Below, piece after piece: positions 47,421 through 57,102 of a DNA stretch of 64,000 nt. The notes beneath the pieces are model-generated. The model saw only the letters and a program-made list of their open reading frames with translations, made no database searches and had not been told where the DNA came from. The first letter of the stretch is position 1; each line of letters starts with the position of its first letter. A program made the position numbers and the translations under genes. Origin of the DNA: Bacteroidota bacterium (GTDB lineage Bacteria; Bacteroidota; Rhodothermia; JANXDC01); assembly GCA_025059945.1 (NCBI GenBank), contig JANXDC010000001.1, forward strand, positions 1,677 to 65,676. The letters are read 5' to 3'.

Positions 47421-48406
47421 TGCGAGCCGTTTGGATAGAACGCTTCGCGGGCCCGGAGGGTCTGTTGTTGCGTGAGGGCCTAGCTCCTCCGGAGCCAGGC
47501 CCTGAGCAGATCTTGGTGCGCGTACACGCCTCAGCCCTCAACCGAGCCGATCTGCTCCAGACCTGGGGTCGGTATCCGCCCCCTGAGGGGACCCCGGAGC
47601 GCATCCCGGGCCTGGAATGCGCAGGCGAGGTTGTGGCAACGGGCCCCGGGGTGCGACGCTGGCGAGCCGGGGATCGCGTTATGGCTCTGCTTGCCGGCGG
47701 AGGGCAGGCCGAGTACGCCGTTGCGCATGAGGCGCTCGCCTGGCCCGTTCCCGAGGGCATGTCTTGGGCGGAGGCGGCGGCCATACCGGAGGCCTTCATC
47801 ACGGCTTGGGACGCGCTGGTTCGACAAGCTCGGCTGCGTCTGGGCCAGAGTGTGCTGATTCATGCTGTGGGAAGCGGTGTGGGTCTGGCCGCGCTGCAAA
47901 TCGCGCGCTTGGCGGGGGCTCGTTCGGTCTACGGTACGGCCTCGGCGCCCAAGCTTGAACGCGCCCGCTCTTGGGGGCTCACCGAGGGATGGGATTATCG
48001 GAGCGTGGATTTTGTGCAGGCTCTGCGCGAGCGCGAGCCCGAGGGCGTCTCCGTGGTGCTCGATTGCATTGGGGGGCCGTACTGGATGCGCAACCTGGAG
48101 GTACTCCAGCCGAAAGGCCATCTGGTCTTGCTGGGCACGCTCGGCGGGGCCCACCTGCCCCAGGAGGCCACATTGGGCCCGCTTATAACGAAACGCCTGC
48201 GCCTGATCGGCACGGTGCTGCGCACACGTCCCCTCTGGGAGAAGATCGCGGTGGCTGAGGCCTTCCGTCAGGAGCTTTGGCCCCTGCTGGCCGACGGACG
48301 GTTGCGGCCCACTGTGGATCGCGCTTTTGCCGCCCTCGAGGTCCAGGCGGCCTATCGGTACATGGCGGCCAATGCCAATTTCGGCAAAATCGTGCTGCTC
48401 TGGTAG
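47420..48406 (+). CDS. NAD(P)H-quinone oxidoreductase (zeta-crystallin/PIG3 type)
   Basis: LNRADLLQ, PGLECAGEV, AAAIPEAFITAW, HAVGSGVG, GKIVL. Confidence 0.9.
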   Translation: MRAVWIERFAGPEGLLLREGLAPPEPGPEQILVRVHASALNRADLLQTWGRYPPPEGTPERIPGLECAGEVVATGPGVRRWRAGDRVMALLAGGGQAEYAVAHEALAWPVPEGMSWAEAAAIPEAFITAWDALVRQARLRLGQSVLIHAVGSGVGLAALQIARLAGARSVYGTASAPKLERARSWGLTEGWDYRSVDFVQALREREPEGVSVVLDCIGGPYWMRNLEVLQPKGHLVLLGTLGGAHLPQEATLGPLITKRLRLIGTVLRTRPLWEKIAVAEAFRQELWPLLADGRLRPTVDRAFAALEVQAAYRYMAANANFGKIVLLW

Positions 48407-48438
48407 GAGCGCTCTTGTGAGCAGGCTTGTCGGCTTTT

Positions 48439-48446
48439 TATCTTTG
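48439..48446 (+). promoter_or_regulatory. Bacteroidota-type -7 promoter element
   Basis: TATCTTTG upstream of the lipoprotein gene. Confidence 0.55.
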
Positions 48447-48513
48447 CCAAGGAAAGCGAAGAAATCGCGGGGAGGGAAGAGGATCTAACGCTCAAAAAAG
48501 GGAGGAGCTCACG

Positions 48514-49062
48514 ATGCGACCCGTTTCCGGGCTGCTTCTAGTCGGCGTTCTGATGCTGGTTGGGCCCTTAGGCTGCGATTTGCTCGGCAATCTTTCGCGC
48601 GTGGGCACCACGTATACTATTGAATTCGAAGTGCCCCCGGTGCAGCCCAATAGCAACTTTTCGGCTACGCAGCAGGCCAACTTTAAGGCCAAGCTCGACA
48701 GCATCATGCGGGCGAACAACATCTCGGATTCTGACCTCAATAACGCCCGTGTGGACTCAATCCGGTTCACGATCCTGAGCCCTTCGAACGGCACCTTTGA
48801 CTTCGTGCAATCCATCTCGATCTGGCTCTCCTCTCCAAGCCTAGGGGAGCAGCAGGTGCTGGGCGCTGGACCGGGATCGATCTCGCCGGGCCGCAATTCC
48901 GTGGTCTTGCCCGCACTGCCCACGGCAGACATCCTGGCCTACATCCGCGGAGGCCCCTTTACGGCGCGCGCCGAAGGTCGTTCCACTAGCACGGGCACTA
49001 GCACGACGTATCGAATCCAGGCCGTGCTGTATACGAACATCTCCTTCGATGTCTTCCCGTAG
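48514..49062 (+). CDS. Hypothetical lipoprotein
   Basis: GGGAGGAG RBS; hydrophobic signal peptide ending PLGC; Ser/Thr/Asn-rich beta-strand-like mature part. Confidence 0.8.
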   Translation: MRPVSGLLLVGVLMLVGPLGCDLLGNLSRVGTTYTIEFEVPPVQPNSNFSATQQANFKAKLDSIMRANNISDSDLNNARVDSIRFTILSPSNGTFDFVQSISIWLSSPSLGEQQVLGAGPGSISPGRNSVVLPALPTADILAYIRGGPFTARAEGRSTSTGTSTTYRIQAVLYTNISFDVFP

Positions 49063-49071
49063 ATCGCGCGC

Positions 49072-50109
49072 CTAGGAGACCGACCAGCCCAGATCGGCGA
49101 AACGGCGACGCCGAAAGACGTAGTAGGCTAGCGCGATAGAGCCGGGATACACAGTCGGGGGGTCACCCCAGCGGACGCGCTCGGCTAGCAGCCGCTTTCG
49201 TTGCGCTTTTAGTTCCCGTCGCCGGGCCCAGGCCTCTAGGTAGGCTCGCCCTACGGCGGCGGCCCAATCCGGACGTCCGCGTACCAGATACAGAAGAGCT
49301 GCCGCCAGATCCAGCCCTATGCGCACCAAAAGCCGCCTCCACAGGTGACGGGGGGGCAAGTTGCGGTAGAGCATATATAGGCCGTTGCGGTGGTTGTAGT
49401 AGAGCTTGCGCGCATCCCCATAGGCCAGGGATCCCCCTCCGACGTGGTAGACCACGCTTTGGGGAATGGCCCGGACGCGATAGCCCAGGTTCTGCAGGCG
49501 CCAGCAGAAATCGATCTCCTCTTGATGCAGGACGAAGCTCGGCTCAAAGCCGCCGAGGCGCTCGGCCAGCGCGCGGCGCACCACCAAGGCCGCCCCGGAG
49601 GCCCAGAAGATGTCCGCCGGCTGATTGTATTGGCCCCGGTCTTCCTCTAGCGTGTCGAACATGCGGCCCCGCGCGAACGGATATCCATAGCGGTCCAAAT
49701 ACCCCCCGGCCGCTCCGGCGTATTCAAACCGGCCTCGGGCGTGATAATCCAAGACTTTAGGTTGTACGGCCCCGAGCGTCGGATCCTGCTCCAACGACGA
49801 AATAAGAGGCTGTAGCCAGTAGGGGGTGACCTCCACGTCGTTGTTCAGAAAGGCCACGTAAAGGCCCGTGGCGTGCCGAAGCCCCTCGTTGGCCCCCTCG
49901 CAGAAGCCCCGGTTTTCGCCTAGCCGCATGACCCGTACGCTCGGATAGTGCAGGCTGACCCATTCCGCCGAGCCATCCGTGGAGCCGTTGTCGACCAGCA
50001 GAACCTCTTGATCCGGATACGCCGCGCCCAGAACGCTGGGAAGGCAGCGTTCCAGCCAGTGCCGTGCGTTCCAGCTGGGGATGACGACGCTTACGCGGGG
50101 CCAGCTCAT
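49072..50109 (-). CDS. GT2 family glycosyltransferase
   Basis: VSVVIPSWN, VDNGSTDGS, FLNNDVE, WASGAAL, EEIDFCWR, YHVGG. Confidence 0.92.
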   Translation of the reverse strand: MSWPRVSVVIPSWNARHWLERCLPSVLGAAYPDQEVLLVDNGSTDGSAEWVSLHYPSVRVMRLGENRGFCEGANEGLRHATGLYVAFLNNDVEVTPYWLQPLISSLEQDPTLGAVQPKVLDYHARGRFEYAGAAGGYLDRYGYPFARGRMFDTLEEDRGQYNQPADIFWASGAALVVRRALAERLGGFEPSFVLHQEEIDFCWRLQNLGYRVRAIPQSVVYHVGGGSLAYGDARKLYYNHRNGLYMLYRNLPPRHLWRRLLVRIGLDLAAALLYLVRGRPDWAAAVGRAYLEAWARRRELKAQRKRLLAERVRWGDPPTVYPGSIALAYYVFRRRRFADLGWSVS

Positions 50110-50149
50110 TCAGGCCGTCCGAGCATAAGGTGATAGACAAGGTGGGCGC

Positions 50150-51508
50150 TCATGTCGAGACGGCTTCGGCCCAACGTCGGACCTCTTGCGCCAGCGCCTC
50201 GGCCTCCGAGCGCGTGCGGGCCTCCACATGCAGGCGCGCGATGGGCTCGGTGTTCGAGGCGCGCAGGTGGATCCAGCAATCCGGCAGGATCACCTTTAGC
50301 CCGTCGCGCGTATCGAACTCCGCCCGTCCCGCATAGGCTTGTTGAATCGCCTCAAAGAGCCGCTCCAGGGCTGGCCGAGGGAGTCCTTCGAGGCGGTCTT
50401 TTATCATTTCGTATCGGGGAAGATGCGCGCGAAGGCCCGATAGGCTAAGTCCGGTCTCCGCCAGCAGCCCCAAGATCAGCGCCAGACCTGTTAGGGCATC
50501 CCGCCCCTCGTGGATCTCAGGCAGGATCACCCCTCCGTTGCCCTCCCCGCCCAAAACGGCCCCTACGAGCCGAATGCCCTCTATGACGTGCCGCTCGCCT
50601 ACGGGGGTGCGGTAGACCAGCTGACCATGCTGGGCCGCTACGTCTTCAAGGGCGCGCGTTGTGGAGAGATTGGCCACAAGCGGGCCGGGCCGATGCCGGA
50701 GCACAAAAGCGGCTGCGGCTACCAGTGTGTACTCTTCTCCGAAGTAGACGCCGTCCTCCTGTACAAGGGCAAGTCGATCGGCATCGGGGTCCACCGCCAC
50801 CCCCAGGTCCGCCCGCATCCTCAAGACCGCGTCCATGAGCTCGCCAAGGTGTTCGGGCAAAGGCTCTGGGGGATGGGGGAAGGGCTCCTGAGGGTTGCAG
50901 TGCAGCGGGATCACCTCGCAGCCCAGCCGATCCAGCAGGCGGGGTAGGGCGAGGCTTCCGGCTCCGTTGACGGCGTCGAGCACGATCCGAAAGTGCCGGG
51001 CTCGGATCGCCCCCAGGGGCAGATACGGCAGGGCAAGAATGCGTTCGATGTGCTGCTCTAGGTGGCTTTTGTCCTTTCTGTAGCCGCCGAGCTCGCGATA
51101 GGGGACGTAGCGAAGCCTTCCAGATCGGGCCAGCTCAAGTACGCTGCGGCCGTCCTGGGCGCTCAAGGCGGCTCCGTCGGGCCCGAGCATTTTGAGCGCG
51201 TTCCACTCTGGGGGGTTATGGCTGGCCGTGATCACAAGGCCGCCTCGGGCGCTCTCGGCGCGCACGGCCACGCCCACGGTGGGCGTGGGGGCTACGCCGA
51301 TGTCCACCACCTCGCAACCGACGCATTGCAGGGTGGAGGCTACAATGCGGGCTGCCGGAACGCTTGTGGGCCGCGTGTCGCGCCCGAGCACAACTTTGCC
51401 GCGCTCGCACCAAGCCCCGAAGGCGGCCGCATATCGGACCAGATCCTCTGGAGTAAGCTCCAGCCCGAAAACCCCGCGGATGCCCGAAACGGAGATCATG
51501 AGCGCCAT
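50150..51508 (-). CDS. glmM: Phosphoglucosamine mutase / phosphomannomutase
   Basis: SVSGIRG, TASHNP (phospho-Ser), DPDADR, GGEGNGG, RASNTEP. Confidence 0.85.
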   Translation of the reverse strand: MALMISVSGIRGVFGLELTPEDLVRYAAAFGAWCERGKVVLGRDTRPTSVPAARIVASTLQCVGCEVVDIGVAPTPTVGVAVRAESARGGLVITASHNPPEWNALKMLGPDGAALSAQDGRSVLELARSGRLRYVPYRELGGYRKDKSHLEQHIERILALPYLPLGAIRARHFRIVLDAVNGAGSLALPRLLDRLGCEVIPLHCNPQEPFPHPPEPLPEHLGELMDAVLRMRADLGVAVDPDADRLALVQEDGVYFGEEYTLVAAAAFVLRHRPGPLVANLSTTRALEDVAAQHGQLVYRTPVGERHVIEGIRLVGAVLGGEGNGGVILPEIHEGRDALTGLALILGLLAETGLSLSGLRAHLPRYEMIKDRLEGLPRPALERLFEAIQQAYAGRAEFDTRDGLKVILPDCWIHLRASNTEPIARLHVEARTRSEAEALAQEVRRWAEAVST

Positions 51509-51523
51509 GGTCGGAATGCCGCC

Positions 51524-52003
51524 TTAACGTCGCCAAGTATCGCGCGCATCGCGCAGCAGCTGCTCGAAGATCTCAAAGCGCAATTCGCCGTAGTTGAAGG
51601 CGTACCGGAGCTCGCCGGAGCGGAAAATCCACGTTGTGGGCACCCAAGTGACGGGCAGGCCCATGAAGCGCTGCTGGCGTTGGGAGCGCTCCGAGGGGCC
51701 AGGTATGTGCAGGAGCCGAAAGTTAGGTTGTTCGCCTACGGCGTAGCGCGTCAGCAAGGCGCGGCCGTCGTCTGCGTCGCTCCAGATCGTCACAAAAAAG
51801 AACCGGACCTGCGGGTGCGCCTCGATGATCCGGTACCAGCCCTGACGCAGCTCGGCCTGGCTATTGGGGCACCAGGGGGCCCAAAAGTGCACAACCGTGA
51901 TCGCCGTATCCTGTACGGCCCGATACAGGATGCGCTCCACAGGATGCCATACCGCCGTATCAGGGCTCGCCCAGAGGAGCGAAGCTACAAGGGCCGCAAG
52001 CAT
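51524..52003 (-). CDS. Exported thioredoxin-fold protein with CxxS motif
   Basis: Short signal-like N-terminus; VVHFWAPWCPNS; WVPTT cis-Pro loop. Start codon uncertain. Confidence 0.75.
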   Translation of the reverse strand: MLAALVASLLWASPDTAVWHPVERILYRAVQDTAITVVHFWAPWCPNSQAELRQGWYRIIEAHPQVRFFFVTIWSDADDGRALLTRYAVGEQPNFRLLHIPGPSERSQRQQRFMGLPVTWVPTTWIFRSGELRYAFNYGELRFEIFEQLLRDARDTWRR

Positions 52004-52007
52004 CGGG

Positions 52008-53552
52008 CTAACTTTCCAAGCCAAGTCTTTCCGTGTCGATCTGGGCGCGCTGCAGGCGGCCTGAGTAGTCGATGTAAACCGTTTTGGTCTCCGTGTAGAA
52101 ATCGAAGACCTCCCACCCCCCCTCTCGATGTCCGTTGCCGGTCTGCTTGACCCCGCCAAAGGGCAGGTGGGCCTCGGCTCCGATTGTGGGGGCGTTCACG
52201 TACGTGATGCCCGCCTCGATCTCCCGGATCGCGTAGAAGGCGTCCTGTAGGTTGCGCGTGTAGATCGAAGAGGAAAGCCCGTATCGGGTGCCGTTCAGGA
52301 CCTGAATGGCCTCCTGAAGCGAACGGACCCGAATGACGCTAAGAACGGGGCCGAAGATCTCCTCTTGCGCGATGCGCATCTCGGGCCGCACCTCTGCAAA
52401 GATCGTCGGCTGATAGAACCACCCCTTCTGCAAGGGGCCCTCTGCGGCCGGAGCGCCTCCGCAGAGAAGCCGCGCCCCCTCTTCGATACCGATCTTCACG
52501 TAACGGTCCACGGTCTCGCGCTGGGCCCGGCTGACCAGGGGCCCCACGTCCGTGTCGGGGTCCAGGCCGTTGCCCAGCCGAAGCCGCAGGGTGCGCTCAA
52601 GAAGCCTCTCCAGAAACAGATCGTATACGGCCTCGTGCAGAATAAGCCGGCTTGTGGCCGTGCATCGCTGTCCGGTGGTGCCGAAGGCGCCCCAGAGCAC
52701 GCCGTCGAGGGCCAAATCCAAGTCGGCGTCCGGCATGACGATGACGGCGTTTTTGCCCCCCAGCTCCAAAGAGACGCGTTTTAACCCATCAGCGGCCATG
52801 CGGCAGATCTGCACCCCTACCTCTGTGGAGCCCGTAAAGCTGATAAGCGCCACATCGGGGTGACGCACAATGGCCGCGCCCACTCCAGAGCCTGTGCCAT
52901 GCACGAGATTAAGCACGCCGGGCGGAAGGCCGGCTTCTTCCAAGATCTCCACAAGCGTGGTGGCCGTCTTGGGGGTAAGCTGAGCGGGCTTGAAGACCAC
53001 CGTGTTGCCGCAGACGAGCGCCGGAAAGATCTTCCAGGTCGGGATGGCCAGAGGGAAGTTCCATGGGGTGATGATGCCGGCCACGCCCACGGGCATCCGG
53101 ATGGTCATGTTGAACTTGCTGGGTAGCTCGCTCGGAACCGTATGCCCGAAAAGCCGCCTTCCCTCGGAAGCCGCATAGTAGGCCGTGTCGATGCCCTCCT
53201 GAACATCTCCGCGCGTCTCCAACAGGATCTTGCCCATTTCGCGCGTCATCTCCCGGGCGATCTCCTCCTTGCGGGCCTGTAGGATATCGCCGGCCCGCCG
53301 GATGATCTCCCCCCGCTTCGGAGCCGGTACCTTACGCCATCGCTCGAAGGCCGCCCGGGCGGCCTCTACGGCTTCTTGCACGTCCTCCTCGGTGGAAAGC
53401 GGAAAGAGACCAATTAGATCGTCCCAGTCGGCCGGGTTGCGATTCTCAAACCACTGGCCGCTGCGGCTGGGCTTCCAACGTCCGTTGATGTAATTGTAGT
53501 GCTCTCGGGGCGGATCTAAAACCTGCGCGCTCTGCGTCTGGGGTCGTTCCAT
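52008..53552 (-). CDS. Aldehyde dehydrogenase family protein
   Basis: ITPWNFP, FTGSTEVG, LELGGKN, GQRCTA, EEIFGP, PFGGVK. Confidence 0.95.
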   Translation of the reverse strand: MERPQTQSAQVLDPPREHYNYINGRWKPSRSGQWFENRNPADWDDLIGLFPLSTEEDVQEAVEAARAAFERWRKVPAPKRGEIIRRAGDILQARKEEIAREMTREMGKILLETRGDVQEGIDTAYYAASEGRRLFGHTVPSELPSKFNMTIRMPVGVAGIITPWNFPLAIPTWKIFPALVCGNTVVFKPAQLTPKTATTLVEILEEAGLPPGVLNLVHGTGSGVGAAIVRHPDVALISFTGSTEVGVQICRMAADGLKRVSLELGGKNAVIVMPDADLDLALDGVLWGAFGTTGQRCTATSRLILHEAVYDLFLERLLERTLRLRLGNGLDPDTDVGPLVSRAQRETVDRYVKIGIEEGARLLCGGAPAAEGPLQKGWFYQPTIFAEVRPEMRIAQEEIFGPVLSVIRVRSLQEAIQVLNGTRYGLSSSIYTRNLQDAFYAIREIEAGITYVNAPTIGAEAHLPFGGVKQTGNGHREGGWEVFDFYTETKTVYIDYSGRLQRAQIDTERLGLES

Positions 53553-53712
53553 GCGAGGTTCCTCTCTAGAGCTCGTTATGCCAAAAAATAGCGGCCCACC
53601 GGAGAGCGGCGCAAACGGTTGTCTGAAACCCCTCCGCTTGTGAATATTCCGCTCTATAAACCAAAAGGGGCGCCGGCGGTTCAGGCCTGACGCCCCTGAG
53701 GAGGTACAACAC

Positions 53713-53811
53713 ATGCGCTTGGATGTGCTATCCCTTATACAGCAAATGCTGTGCCCGATGTTCCCAGATCGTGCATTGCTTGCTTTTTGCGTTTCTAGCG
53801 CAGAGAGTTAG
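53713..53811 (+). CDS. Candidate small ORF (32 aa)
   Basis: GAGGAGGT-7 nt-ATG; MRLDVLSLIQQMLCPMFPDRALLAFCVSSAES*; the stop lies 2 nt before the next GTG. Confidence 0.35.
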   Translation: MRLDVLSLIQQMLCPMFPDRALLAFCVSSAES

Positions 53812-53813
53812 CC

Positions 53814-55046
53814 GTGGAGAGCCTGCCGTATTGGTTTCGCGGCCAGAACCCGATCCGCGGGGAGGGGGAAATTCCTGCCGCGGCCGACCTGGTCATCATT
53901 GGAGCCGGTATCACGGGAGCTTCCGTGGCCTGGTGGGCGAGCCGAGCCCGGTTGGGTTCGGTTTGGATCTTGGAGGAACGTCCCGCTCCCGCGACGGGCG
54001 CTTCTGGCCGCAACGCGGGCTTTAACCTAGCCGGCACCGTAACGCCGTATCCAGAGCTCATCAGGCGCTTCGGACGGGAGGCCGCGCGCGCGATCTGGGC
54101 TTACACGCTAGAGAACAACCGAGCGGTGCGCGCAACGCTTGAGGAGCTGGGCTATGATGTGGAACTGGTGCGCTCCGGAAGCCTCCTTTTGGCCGCCTCC
54201 GAGGCTGAGCGAGCTGATCAGCTGTTGGCAGCTGCTCTGTTAAGAGAAGATGGTTTTCCCGTCGAAAGCCTGGAGCACGATGATGTGGCGCGCCTGTGGG
54301 GCTTTCCCGTGCCTGATCGGTTTTGGGGGGCGCTTTTTAACCCCGAGGACGCCCGCTGGAATCCGGCCAAGGCCAGCCAGGGGCTGCTTCGGTCGGCCCA
54401 GCTCGAGGGGGCCCGTTTAGCTTTGGAGAGTCCGGTCTGGCATCTGGAGGAGGGCTCAGGCTCGGTTCGCCTCTATACCCCCAAGGGGCGGATCGAGGCG
54501 GGCGCCGTTGTGCTGGCCACAAACGCCTGGGTGGGCCGGCTAATCCGGGAGCTTGTGGGCCGTGTGGTGCCGGTGCGGGCGCAGGTGCTCGCTACGGCCC
54601 CGATTCCCAGGCTTTTTCCCCATGCCACCTCTACGAACTATGGCTACGAGTATTGGCAGCAAGATCAAGAAGGGCGCCTGATCCTGGGCGGCTATCGGTG
54701 GTCGGTCCCGGATCGCGAGATAGGCTGCGCTGTCGAGGGGCTAAGGCCAGAGGTTCAGGCCGGATTAGAAAGGTTTTTGCGCCAGACCTTTCCGCAGCTG
54801 GCGGATGTGCCCATCGAATACCGGTGGAGCGGTATAATGGGCTTTAGCTACGATGAGCTGCCTCTGTTGGGTCCCGTACCGGGATGGTCGCGGCTTTGGA
54901 TGGCGGGAGGATACACGGGGCACGGGACGGCCTTCGCGTTCTGGTTTGGTCGGGATCTCGTGCGCGCTCTCCAGGAGGGCTGGTATCCAGAGGGGGCGCT
55001 CCGCTACTTCGATACGGCTCGCCTGGAGCGCCTGGCCTCGGTGTAA
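53814..55046 (+). CDS. FAD-dependent oxidoreductase (DAO family, PuuB-like)
   Basis: PYW, IIGAGITG, GASGRNAG, WSGIMG, GYTGHG. Confidence 0.88.
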   Translation: MESLPYWFRGQNPIRGEGEIPAAADLVIIGAGITGASVAWWASRARLGSVWILEERPAPATGASGRNAGFNLAGTVTPYPELIRRFGREAARAIWAYTLENNRAVRATLEELGYDVELVRSGSLLLAASEAERADQLLAAALLREDGFPVESLEHDDVARLWGFPVPDRFWGALFNPEDARWNPAKASQGLLRSAQLEGARLALESPVWHLEEGSGSVRLYTPKGRIEAGAVVLATNAWVGRLIRELVGRVVPVRAQVLATAPIPRLFPHATSTNYGYEYWQQDQEGRLILGGYRWSVPDREIGCAVEGLRPEVQAGLERFLRQTFPQLADVPIEYRWSGIMGFSYDELPLLGPVPGWSRLWMAGGYTGHGTAFAFWFGRDLVRALQEGWYPEGALRYFDTARLERLASV

Positions 55047-55132
55047 CGATCTGGTTTGGACTCCCGGACGCGATTGCCCCTTTGAGGGTGAGCCCGTAGC
55101 TTTCGGGCGCGTCTATAGCCGAGGAGGTCGGT

Positions 55133-56209
55133 ATGAGCGTTTCTCGTCGGGATTTTCTGCGCACCGCGGCCGCCGCAGGAGTCGGCGCGGCCGCCGCGCC
55201 GTATGCAAGCGCCTTTGAATCCGTCTGGGGAGCGTCTTCCGAGGCCCCACAACGGGCTCCTCGGCCCGTTGTGATCGCCAGCGGCAACGGGCTTCGCGCT
55301 GTCGAGAAGGCTATGCAGATGATCCTAGAAGGTGCTGACGCATTGGACGCCGTCATAGCCGGGGTGAACCTGGTCGAAGACGATCCCGAGGACATGACGG
55401 TCGGGTTAGGGGGGTTGCCCAACGAGCGCGGCGAGGTCGAGCTGGACGCCTCCGTTATGCACGGACCCACGCATCGAGCCGGGGCCGTGGCCGCGCTCAA
55501 ATACATCCGCAACCCCTCCAAAGTGGCCCGTCTTGTGATGGAGCGCACCGATCACGTGCTGCTCGTCGGCGAGGGGGCGTTGCAGTTCGCCCTTATGCAC
55601 GGTTTCAAAAAGGAGGAGCTGCTTACCGAGAAGGCCCGCCTGGCCTGGGTGCAGTGGAAGGAGACGCTGAGCAACCGGGACGACTACCTGCCGCCGCACG
55701 GCCCACAGGATCGAGACATCGGCGAAGAGCTTCGGGAGGTGATCCGCTACTACGGTACGATCTCCTGTCTGGGTCTTGATTTGCGGGGCAACCTGTCGGG
55801 TGTGACGACCACAAGCGGGCTCGCCTTCAAAATCCCGGGCCGCGTAGGAGATTCTCCGATTATCGGAGCGGGTCTATACGTCGACAACGAAGTCGGAGCG
55901 GCGGGCTCAACCGGCCGCGGCGAGGCTAATTTGGTGAACTGCTCTTGTGTGTTCATCGTAGAACAGATGCGCGCCGGCAGGTCTCCTGAAGAGGCCTGCC
56001 TGGAGGCCTGTAAGCGCATCGTGCAACACAACAAGATGCGGCGCCTGCAGGACGAACAGGGACGGCCGAACTTCAACGTGCGCTTCTACGCCATCAACAA
56101 GGCCGGCCAGTTCGGATCGGCCGAGATCTGGCGTAGCGGCAAGTTCGCCCTGCACGACGGCACCCAGGCTCGGCTCTTGGATTGCGCCTACCTGTACGAG
56201 CGCCGTTGA
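55133..56209 (+). CDS. Tat-exported N4-(beta-N-acetylglucosaminyl)-L-asparaginase family Ntn hydrolase
   Basis: SRRDFLR Tat motif; ELDASVM; GT autoproteolysis site (YYGTISC); TTTSGLAFKIPGRVGDSPIIGAG; STGRGE. Confidence 0.9.
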   Translation: MSVSRRDFLRTAAAAGVGAAAAPYASAFESVWGASSEAPQRAPRPVVIASGNGLRAVEKAMQMILEGADALDAVIAGVNLVEDDPEDMTVGLGGLPNERGEVELDASVMHGPTHRAGAVAALKYIRNPSKVARLVMERTDHVLLVGEGALQFALMHGFKKEELLTEKARLAWVQWKETLSNRDDYLPPHGPQDRDIGEELREVIRYYGTISCLGLDLRGNLSGVTTTSGLAFKIPGRVGDSPIIGAGLYVDNEVGAAGSTGRGEANLVNCSCVFIVEQMRAGRSPEEACLEACKRIVQHNKMRRLQDEQGRPNFNVRFYAINKAGQFGSAEIWRSGKFALHDGTQARLLDCAYLYERR

Positions 56210-56217
56210 GCTCCGCC

Positions 56218-57102
56218 ATGATACGGGCCCTGTTAGCCTGGCAGACCCGCGCGGTCTTGTATCGGCACTGGCGCGTTTGGCGCCGCACATGGCATCTGGG
56301 TTTTTTGCCGCCCGTTTTGGAGCCCTTGCTGTATTTCGGTGTCTTCGGCCTCGGTGTAGGCGCTCTTGTGGGCGCCTTCGCAACCCCGCATGGGACGTTG
56401 GCGTACGCCGACTATCTGGCCGCGGGGGTTGTGGCCGTAAGCCTGCTGTATCAGTCCTTTTTCGAGGGACTCTATGGCTCTTATGTGCGCATGTTCTATC
56501 AGCGCACTTTCGATGCGCAGCTGGCCACGCCCGTGCAGATGGAGCACGTCGTGTGGGGGGAGATCCTCTGGGCGGCCCTTAAGGGCCTTTTGAGTGCCTT
56601 CTGCGTGCTCCTGGTGCTGATCGCGCTGGCGCTTGCCGGACAGCTGAGTATTCATCTTTGGGCCCTGGCCCCCATCGCCTTTGCGGGGTTCCTGGCGGGT
56701 GTAGCCTTCGGCGCCGGGGCGCTTTTGTTTACGGCCAAGGTGCCCCACATCGACTTCATGAACTATCCCGTCTTCCTCATCGCCGTACCGCTGGCCTTGT
56801 TGAGCGATACCTACTTTCCGTTTTCCACCCTACATCCCGTAGCGCATGCCCTTAGCCAGCTCAATCCGGTTTATCATCTGACGCAGATCGTGCGCGATAC
56901 GCTCACCTGGGGCCGATGGACGACCCCGGACACGCTGGGACTGGGGGTGTTGGGCGCCTACGCCGTGGGGCTTTCCGCCGTGGCGCTGCGCTGGATGCAT
57001 GAGCGCGTTCTCGGTGAGCCGTATCGGCCGCGCCGCACTCCGGCCCACATGCGGGCGCCGGCTGAGGTCCAATCTCCGAGATGCTGGGCCGAGAGCGCTT
57101 AA
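56218..57102 (+). CDS. ABC-2 type transporter permease (NodJ-like)
   Basis: EPLLYFGVFGLGVG, YQRTFDAQLATP, GEILWA, LNPVYH. Confidence 0.85.
   Translation: MIRALLAWQTRAVLYRHWRVWRRTWHLGFLPPVLEPLLYFGVFGLGVGALVGAFATPHGTLAYADYLAAGVVAVSLLYQSFFEGLYGSYVRMFYQRTFDAQLATPVQMEHVVWGEILWAALKGLLSAFCVLLVLIALALAGQLSIHLWALAPIAFAGFLAGVAFGAGALLFTAKVPHIDFMNYPVFLIAVPLALLSDTYFPFSTLHPVAHALSQLNPVYHLTQIVRDTLTWGRWTTPDTLGLGVLGAYAVGLSAVALRWMHERVLGEPYRPRRTPAHMRAPAEVQSPRCWAESA

Noticed and set aside
48984..49005. Short direct repeat CACTAGCACG x2
   Set aside because: It encodes the STSTGTSTT low-complexity peptide; only two copies.
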